A stretch of 39,009 nt of DNA from an uncultured Bacilli bacterium (GTDB taxonomy: Bacteria > Bacillota_I > Bacilli_A > RF39 > UBA660), in NCBI GenBank assembly GCA_947625395.1, contig CANQOD010000001.1:1-39009 (forward strand). Direction: 5' to 3'. A model generated the notes under the pieces. It had not been told where the DNA came from, made no database searches, and saw only the letters and a program-made list of their open reading frames with translations. Numbering within the stretch: the first letter of the stretch is position 1; each line of letters opens with the position of its first letter. This document shows, in pieces, positions 9,931-16,702 of the stretch. The translations under genes and the position numbers were made by a program.

Positions 9931-12810
9931 ATGAAAAGTTTTGTACACTTAAAAAAAATAAAAATATTGGGTGTTTTATTTGCCTTTGGGATGCTAGGAA
10001 TGGCTCTTTGTTTTTTACTTGCAGGCCAAACACCAGAAACGTTTCATGATATCATTGCTGAAGCCTTAGTGATTTTAAAAAATAATAAATCTATGGAGCT
10101 CAATTGCTTTTGGATAATTGTCTTCGTTGGCAGTTTCGTTTTACTGATAGATATGATTCGAACAAGGAAAAAGAGAAGAGAAGAGAAACAACCAGTTTTT
10201 TCTTCTTTCTCGCTGGTTCTTTTAGCACTTGCAACTGGAATGGTTCTCTATTATTTCTTGACGATGCATGTTCCTCTTTTCCTTTTAACCACTTTCTTTC
10301 TTTTATTACTATCGCACCACTTTCTGAAAGGAAAAGAAGCAAAAATTTGTCTGATAAATTGTTTTTTATTTTATTTCTTCTATGGTGGACTGAGCTTGCT
10401 TAATTTTTCTTTTCATGCGCTTTTTATTTCGAAAGAATTCTTATTGCTCCTTTCTTTCCTTATTACTTTATGTCTTTTGAAATTAGAGCAAAAGAAGCCT
10501 ATTTTAGAGAATTGTATTCTCTTGAGTCAAACTACAATTCCACTCATTCTTTTGAATTATTTAGTGGATTGTTATCAATATCAAGGGCAAGAAATCCATG
10601 TTCCACTTCCATTTTTTGCAAAGCTTTTCTTTGGAACCTTACTGCTTAGTTTTCTTGTTTACAATTTTTATTATCTTTATAAAAACTGGAGTCGAAAAGA
10701 AAAAAATATCAATCAACTTCTGTCATTTGCAACCATCATCACAATTTTTATCATCCATTCGGTTTCCATGAATACCAGTGCGATTTTACCAACTGATTTA
10801 CATCACACAGGTGAAAATATTCAGGCTTTTCATCAAATTTTTAGTAAAGGACAGATTCCTTATCAAAACTACATTCCTGTATCGGGTCTTTATTCCGTCT
10901 GCGTTGGTTTTATTTTAGAACTTTGTGGTGGCGTTATGATGCATTATAATGTTGCGGTTGCGATTTATACAACGATTTTTGCCATTCTTACCATTGTTTT
11001 AATTCACTGTCATTTAGACAAAAAAGCAACTTTATTATTGAGTCTATTGTTTCTTTTTGTAAACTATAACCGCGTTTATCTCATTTTAATCTCATTGCTG
11101 ATTTTATTATTACCTAAGCTACGAGCAAAAAAGAATTTGTGGTTAAAGGTTTGGATATGGTTATGCTTTTTAGGAGGACTTTATTATCCCGTTTATGGCG
11201 TGTCAGTTTTACTTGGAACTTTGCCATTTGCCCTTTATCAAATGATTAGTTTCATTCGTTCTAAAGATGGAAAAAGCAAGTTACATACTTTCCGGTTTTA
11301 TCTCGAATGGTTTGTTGTGCTTCTACCAATCTTCTTGGCAGTTCCTATCTTGTTGCACTTACTCAAACATCTTTTAGTCTACTCTTCACAATCCTTATTG
11401 GCAGAGGGTGCGTCTGTTTTTGCCCAAGAAGTGCCTGAGGGATTATTCCAAATTTTTGGTGGAGGACAATTTCTTGCCAAATTAGTCTATTATTGTTTAC
11501 GTTATATGATTCCTGCTTTAGCGATTTGGATTTTTGTTCTCTTACTCTTACAGTTTTTTCAAGATTGCAAGCACAAGAAAGATGTTTTTAAAATTTTTGC
11601 TCATCCGAAATTTTTCTTAGTTGTTTCAGGACTTCTCCTTTTATTAGTAGGGTATCATTTTACCCTTTTACGTGCTGATTCGGGACGATTATTATCACGA
11701 ACTGGCTATTTAATTGAAATTGTTTGTGGCATTTTGTTTTTCATGATTACAGTTCGATATGAGCGTCCGAATCCTTTCTCAGCCATTGTCCTTGGAATAA
11801 TGGTGGCCATCTTGGCTGTACTGGGTGATTCGCCTATTACATTTCCAAATTATACGCTTCAAGCCCATTATACGATTGAAGAGGACTATCAGTTGATTGA
11901 AAATAGTCCACTTCCAAGACTGGGAACTGGCTTTGTTTTGAAAGAAGATGCCTACTTTACCGTGTTATCCAAGAAAATTACCTTTCAAGAATTAAATACC
12001 TTATCTAACAATGCCCAAAAATTGCTTCAATATAATCCGGATTTAAAATTTGTTTTATATGGACCTTTGGCAGCTTACTATATTTTAGATTTAACAACAA
12101 CTGCACAGCCATCCATTTATGCGATTAAGAGTCAAGAAGCAAGCGAAGAGTTTTTAACGATAATTCAAAAAGAAAAGCCTGTTGTGGGTACGTTTATTGC
12201 GAATGCAGAACAGAGCTATTATATTTATCATTATTTAATGACAACGGATGATTATCTTTATGCAGAAGAATATGAGGCTTTTTTACCTAGAGAACTTTAT
12301 CAGAAGATTTATGGAAATACGGTAGGGAGTGATAAACGTCTTGCCAACTTCACCATTGCTGATTTAGGTGTTTCATCGTCTGTGTTTGGTAATTCTTATG
12401 AAGCTTTAAAAACAAGATTTACGAAAGTCCAACCAACAATGCAGTCTATTTGTACGCGACAAGATAAATTGTATACATGTACCTATACGTTTTCAAAAGC
12501 ACTTGCCAAAGAAGAGGTTGATTTTCTCTATTTGGAAGTTGATACCAATCGTGATTTGTACAATGAAAGGGCATTTGCAAATCTTTTGCGCATTGACTTT
12601 ACCAATTCAGATATCCCTGTGAAAGTCACGTGGGGGGGGGAAGAAATAAAATGTTTATTATTCCAAGGAAAACTTTTGATTGCACTTGGAGTGAATAGTG
12701 ATTGGTTGTTATCAGATAAAGAGAAGATTTCAATTCAAATCGAGGGAATCGAACCGCAATATCAAGTGGCGATTTCCAAAATCGAATTTTTAAAACTGAA
12801 AACAGCATAG
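9931..12810 (+). CDS. Large polytopic membrane protein, paralog B of 7015-9921 (unknown family)
   Basis: 959 aa with SD AGGAGG before the ATG at 9931. Blocks shared with paralog A include PETFHD, HH[PT]GENIQAFHQIF.KGQ.PYQ.YIPVSGL, LKVW.WLCFLGGLYYP.YG, YYIYHYLMTTDDY, EVDFLYLEVDTNRD and IQIEGIEPQYQVAI. Confidence 0.8.
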   Translation: MKSFVHLKKIKILGVLFAFGMLGMALCFLLAGQTPETFHDIIAEALVILKNNKSMELNCFWIIVFVGSFVLLIDMIRTRKKRREEKQPVFSSFSLVLLALATGMVLYYFLTMHVPLFLLTTFFLLLLSHHFLKGKEAKICLINCFLFYFFYGGLSLLNFSFHALFISKEFLLLLSFLITLCLLKLEQKKPILENCILLSQTTIPLILLNYLVDCYQYQGQEIHVPLPFFAKLFFGTLLLSFLVYNFYYLYKNWSRKEKNINQLLSFATIITIFIIHSVSMNTSAILPTDLHHTGENIQAFHQIFSKGQIPYQNYIPVSGLYSVCVGFILELCGGVMMHYNVAVAIYTTIFAILTIVLIHCHLDKKATLLLSLLFLFVNYNRVYLILISLLILLLPKLRAKKNLWLKVWIWLCFLGGLYYPVYGVSVLLGTLPFALYQMISFIRSKDGKSKLHTFRFYLEWFVVLLPIFLAVPILLHLLKHLLVYSSQSLLAEGASVFAQEVPEGLFQIFGGGQFLAKLVYYCLRYMIPALAIWIFVLLLLQFFQDCKHKKDVFKIFAHPKFFLVVSGLLLLLVGYHFTLLRADSGRLLSRTGYLIEIVCGILFFMITVRYERPNPFSAIVLGIMVAILAVLGDSPITFPNYTLQAHYTIEEDYQLIENSPLPRLGTGFVLKEDAYFTVLSKKITFQELNTLSNNAQKLLQYNPDLKFVLYGPLAAYYILDLTTTAQPSIYAIKSQEASEEFLTIIQKEKPVVGTFIANAEQSYYIYHYLMTTDDYLYAEEYEAFLPRELYQKIYGNTVGSDKRLANFTIADLGVSSSVFGNSYEALKTRFTKVQPTMQSICTRQDKLYTCTYTFSKALAKEEVDFLYLEVDTNRDLYNERAFANLLRIDFTNSDIPVKVTWGGEEIKCLLFQGKLLIALGVNSDWLLSDKEKISIQIEGIEPQYQVAISKIEFLKLKTA
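12632..12640 (+). repeat. G9 homopolymer inside the paralog B coding sequence (candidate slipped-strand contingency tract)
   Basis: Read directly: acg tgg ggg ggg gaa gaa, encoding T-W-G-G-E-E. Paralog A encodes the same residues as tgg ggt gga gaa gaa (9730-9744) with no long run. Confidence 0.9.
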
Positions 12811-12919
12811 AACGTCAAATTTTGTCAAGTGATTATAAAAAGAGAAAAGATATCAAAAATCTATCTCTTTTTCTTTTTATTTATTGTATAATAAAAGTAA
12901 GAATGTGGAGGGAAGATGT

Positions 12920-15900
12920 ATGAAAAATGCGAAAAAAATCATCCTATTTATCATCATAATGAGTTTCTTTTATCTTGCTCCAAAAAGCGTTTTTGCTTAT
13001 TCGAAATCAGACTATGCAGGAAGAGGACTTTGTGGGAATTTTGAAGTTGCTGGATTTCATAGTGATGGACAAATTGTGAAAGTTTCTTGTGCGAATACAT
13101 TCCAAGAAGCCAAAAATTATATGCAGTCAAATGGGGCAGACGATTTGGCTATTTTAACGAAAATAAATGGTGTGACAACAGTGATAGATGCCAATGTGGC
13201 TTTGGTAGAATTGCATCAAAATCCCATCCAGGATACGTTTGATATTTATACCCAGCCAACCCTTTCTTTTGCACATACTTACATGTCTACATCTTACTCC
13301 GGTGATGATGCAGTTTTATTAGATAGTTCTACTTCGCCCATGGGATATGTTGCGAAAATTTTAGTCAATGACCGAACGGGTTGGGTTTTAGAAGAGAATT
13401 ATGAGATTGTTCCAATTACTTGGGTCAAATCAAGTAGTTATTATCAAATCTCCAACGATTCTATCTATCACCACTATGTTTCCGATATGCATGCTTCGAA
13501 AGAGGGGACTTATGGAACGACGATTGGTCCAAAACCTACGATGCTTAGTAATGGCAAATATTATAGTTATGATGGACACTATTTTTATACGGATTTAACA
13601 ACTATGATTAAAGATAATAGAGCCGGTAATCACAATCATGCTGTCAATAAAAATGAAGCTTATTATAATTATTACATGTATTTATCCAATCACACGAAAT
13701 CCAATTATTCCAGTGTGAACATTGATGAATATGTAAGAGATAACATTGGAACTGCCGGTGATGTTTATGGCATGACAGCTTATAGTTTTACTTCAAGACT
13801 TTATGGTAAGGGGGCGTTCTTCTATTATGCCCAAGAAAAATATGGCGTGAATGCACTTTTAGCATTCAGTTTAAGTCGAAATGAAACAGGCAATGGAAAG
13901 AGTAACTTAGCCGTCAATAAAAACAATGGGTTTGGTTTAAACGCAGTCGATTCAAATCCTTATGCGAATGCCAACCGTTATGCAAACTTTGCAAGCAGTA
14001 TTTTAGGATTCGCAGAAGATTGGGTTACCTATGGCTTTGTTGATGCGGAGAATTGGCGTTATTATGGGCCACAATTTGGAAATAAATTAAGTGGAATGAA
14101 TGTAAAATATGCTTCCGATGTTTATTGGAGCGAAAAAATGGCCTCTAATTATTATTCTTTTGACAAAGCAAAAGGAATGCAAGATTATAATTATTATCAA
14201 TTAGGGGTGACAACCGATAAAATCGATGCGAGAAAAGCACCCGCTCTTGGCAACAATGTTGTCTATGAATATCCGGAAGCAGAAGATGCTGTTGTGATTA
14301 TCGGAGAAGTACAAGGAGAGAATGTAGGCGGTAGTACAACCTGGTATAAGGTTATGAGTGATATCAATATTGATAACCAGTTCAACCGCATTACTTCAGG
14401 TCCTTATAACTGGAATGCATTTGTTTATGTTCCAGCTGCTTATATTAAAAAAATCAACACTGCAAAAAAAGGTTATGTATCTCCTAATTCCGCAGCAAGA
14501 TTCCCTGACAGTGAATATACGTATAAATTATTGATTGAAAATGGCGTTGTGACTCCACAAGTTGCTCTTTCAACAAGAGATGCAAACTTCTATCGTGACC
14601 CCTCTTTAACCTCTTTAAGAGGACAAGTGATGAAAAAGGACCGCTTTGTCGTTGTTTATGCGATAGCTTATGATAAAAATGGAGCTCCTGTTTCTTATTT
14701 AGTCACATCCGATTATATTGCCGACCAAAAAGAATGGGTGCGGGCGGATAGTTTACAATTTGTAAAGAGTACCTATGGAAGAGTCAGTGTTTCAGCCCTT
14801 TCTAATAACAATAATCCTTATGTAAAAGTTTATAAAGAAAAAAGTACTTCTAGTGAAGAAATTAGTGGTCAATATAACTATTCGATTGTTCCTGTCTTCC
14901 GTCAAGAGTTTGTCGGCAATCAAGCTTGGTTCCTCGTTCAAGCAGACGTGACGGGGGAGAAGCCAGTGAATGGTTGGGTGCTTGCGGGAACGAGTAATTC
15001 CTCTATTTCACTGGATGTGACCAATGTGCTTAATAATGCTCCTGTGATTTTAGCAGAAAACAAAACGATTGTACAAGGAAGCAAGTGGAATGCCAAAGAG
15101 GGTGTTACAGCGAATGACCAGGAAGATGGTGACCTTACGAGTCGTCTTCAAGTCACCAGTGATGGCGTACAACCAAACGTCGTTGGCACTTATCAAGTCA
15201 CTTATCAAGTGAAAGATAACTATGGTCAAACAGTGACAAAGACAATTACGGTGACTGTCACCCAAAATCAAAAGCCAGTGATTACTGCAGAGAATCGTCG
15301 AATTGAAGTGAACAGCGCTTTTGAACCATTGGATGATGTCAAAGCGATGGACCAAGAAGATGGGGACATTACGGACCGAATTGAAGTGACCCAAAATACA
15401 GTAGAACCATCAAAAACAGGTACTTATCAAGTGACCTATCAAGTCCAAGATAGCTTTCATCAGACAGTGACGAAAACAATCAAAGTCGATGTCGTTGAAG
15501 ACATTGATGCGCCAGTTGAAGAAACAGGCAACTTCTATTTCGAGTATTTAAAAGAAGTAGATGGACAACTAGAGATAAAAGGATACCATGCGATTGATGG
15601 AGTCGTTCCAAAAGAAAAACAAAAAGTGACTTTTGAATTGCTTCTTGAAAATATTCTAACGGGTGAAATTACGAAACAGTCCCTTTCTCAAATCACTGAC
15701 CCTAAAGAGATGAGCGTTAAAGTTTATGCCAAAGACGGAAAAGATTATACGTATTCATGGTTCAAGGGTGCAATTGATATCGATGCTTTAGATGATGGGG
15801 ACTATCGGATGTATATTCAAACAACGATTGATAAAACATACGCAAAAACGCTTGTCAACAACTTGTTCTTTATGCCACAAGTGACCATGTATCAAGCAGA

Positions 15901-16444
15901 GAAATCAGTGACGACCCATAATGATTATTTAGATGATAATATTGCTTTAGAGTTGATTGTTCGTCAAGAAGCGATTGCTGAAAAAACAGCTGATAGTGTA
16001 AGAAATATGTATAATCAATTTAATCAACTTGAATTTGTGGATGGAAAACTCCGTATGCAAGGTCTTTCATATTCATATGGAATGAATCTTGCGAAAGAAC
16101 AACAAGTGAAAAGAGAGATTATCTTTGAAAATACGAAAACATATCAAAAATATCGCTTCAATGCGGGCAGCATTACGAATGGACCTTTTTCAATTGGAAA
16201 TACGTTAAAAGATAATTTGGATAAGACACGGTCTTGGTTTGATACAACAATTGATTTAAGCAAGCTTGAAAAAGGAAACTATGCGATTTACATTGCGACT
16301 GAAAGCAATATGAAAGACTATGATGAATTAACTGAGTTGCTTTTCCGTTCCGTTGACCATATTAAATGGGAGGGAGAAGAGAGAACTTATCAATTTGTCT
16401 TTGATAAAGACATTCGGTATCGCATTGAATTAAATGTACAATAA
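12920..16444 (+). CDS. Secreted multidomain cell-wall hydrolase-like protein: signal peptide, GH73-like N-acetylglucosaminidase domain, SH3b-like domains, 2 Ig-like repeats, 2 C-terminal repeat modules
   Basis: SD GGAGGG (12907-12912) lies 7 nt before the ATG at 12920. The signal peptide is MKNAKKIILFIIIMSFFYLAPKSVFA. GH73-type motifs are LAFSLSRNETGNGKSNLAVNKNNGFGLNAVD and NVKYASDVYWSEKM. SH3b-like segments include TTWYKVMSD...AFVYVPAAYIKKI. Confidence 0.8.
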   Translation: MKNAKKIILFIIIMSFFYLAPKSVFAYSKSDYAGRGLCGNFEVAGFHSDGQIVKVSCANTFQEAKNYMQSNGADDLAILTKINGVTTVIDANVALVELHQNPIQDTFDIYTQPTLSFAHTYMSTSYSGDDAVLLDSSTSPMGYVAKILVNDRTGWVLEENYEIVPITWVKSSSYYQISNDSIYHHYVSDMHASKEGTYGTTIGPKPTMLSNGKYYSYDGHYFYTDLTTMIKDNRAGNHNHAVNKNEAYYNYYMYLSNHTKSNYSSVNIDEYVRDNIGTAGDVYGMTAYSFTSRLYGKGAFFYYAQEKYGVNALLAFSLSRNETGNGKSNLAVNKNNGFGLNAVDSNPYANANRYANFASSILGFAEDWVTYGFVDAENWRYYGPQFGNKLSGMNVKYASDVYWSEKMASNYYSFDKAKGMQDYNYYQLGVTTDKIDARKAPALGNNVVYEYPEAEDAVVIIGEVQGENVGGSTTWYKVMSDINIDNQFNRITSGPYNWNAFVYVPAAYIKKINTAKKGYVSPNSAARFPDSEYTYKLLIENGVVTPQVALSTRDANFYRDPSLTSLRGQVMKKDRFVVVYAIAYDKNGAPVSYLVTSDYIADQKEWVRADSLQFVKSTYGRVSVSALSNNNNPYVKVYKEKSTSSEEISGQYNYSIVPVFRQEFVGNQAWFLVQADVTGEKPVNGWVLAGTSNSSISLDVTNVLNNAPVILAENKTIVQGSKWNAKEGVTANDQEDGDLTSRLQVTSDGVQPNVVGTYQVTYQVKDNYGQTVTKTITVTVTQNQKPVITAENRRIEVNSAFEPLDDVKAMDQEDGDITDRIEVTQNTVEPSKTGTYQVTYQVQDSFHQTVTKTIKVDVVEDIDAPVEETGNFYFEYLKEVDGQLEIKGYHAIDGVVPKEKQKVTFELLLENILTGEITKQSLSQITDPKEMSVKVYAKDGKDYTYSWFKGAIDIDALDDGDYRMYIQTTIDKTYAKTLVNNLFFMPQVTMYQAEKSVTTHNDYLDDNIALELIVRQEAIAEKTADSVRNMYNQFNQLEFVDGKLRMQGLSYSYGMNLAKEQQVKREIIFENTKTYQKYRFNAGSITNGPFSIGNTLKDNLDKTRSWFDTTIDLSKLEKGNYAIYIATESNMKDYDELTELLFRSVDHIKWEGEERTYQFVFDKDIRYRIELNVQ
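15038..15499 (+). repeat. Two tandem ~77-aa Ig-like (DUF5011-type) repeats within the secreted protein
   Basis: Repeat 1 is APVILAENKTIVQGSKWNAKEGVTANDQEDGDLTSRLQVTSDGVQPNVVGTYQVTYQVKDNYGQTVTKTITVTV. Repeat 2 is KPVITAENRRIEVNSAFEPLDDVKAMDQEDGDITDRIEVTQNTVEPSKTGTYQVTYQVQDSFHQTVTKTIKVDV. Confidence 0.85.
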
Positions 16445-16495
16445 AAGGAAGCAAGTTCACTTTGACGAGAACATACTTCCTTTGAAATTAGGAGA

Positions 16496-16528
16496 AAGAT
16501 TGATAGTTGGATATCAATCTTTTTTTTG
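16496..16528 (+). terminator. Rho-independent terminator after the secreted-protein gene
   Basis: A perfect 10-bp stem AAGATTGATA (16496-16505) / TATCAATCTT (16512-16521) with a 6-nt loop, followed by a T-run. Confidence 0.85.
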
Positions 16529-16608
16529 AAAAAAAATAAGAAAAAGTAAAAAGAAAAACATTTCAATAAAAAATCGTCGAATTTCCTCGAAAAAATTGCA
16601 AATTCCTA

Positions 16609-16640
16609 TTGACTTGGGGGGGGGTAGTTTATTGTATGAT
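16609..16640 (+). promoter_or_regulatory. Candidate promoter with a G9 tract (16616-16624) in the -35/-10 spacer
   Basis: -35 TTGACT (16609-16614) and -10 TATGAT (16635-16640). The spacer is 20 nt as sequenced and contains nine consecutive G. SD GAGGTG precedes the ATG at 16703. Confidence 0.5.
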
Positions 16641-16702
16641 GGATGCAAGGTGGGAAATACCCAAATAAAACAAGAAGAAAATGGATATGAGGTGTAATTG
16701 TA

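Noticed and set aside
12840-12880. Imperfect hairpin (AAGAGA..GAT / ATC..TCTCTT) plus a T-rich run after paralog B, as a terminator
   Set aside because: The stem is interrupted by an internal loop and is AT-rich. It is a possible weak terminator but too poor to call as a feature.
12884-12919. Track start for the secreted protein, and similar upstream extensions at 6203, 7003, 19498, 20528 and 23826
   Set aside because: In each case an internal ATG is preceded by a properly spaced SD. That start also yields a sensible N-terminus: a signal peptide, a Rossmann motif, alignment with the paralog, or a GT2 VPxYN start. The extended starts (several TTG/GTG) lack an SD.
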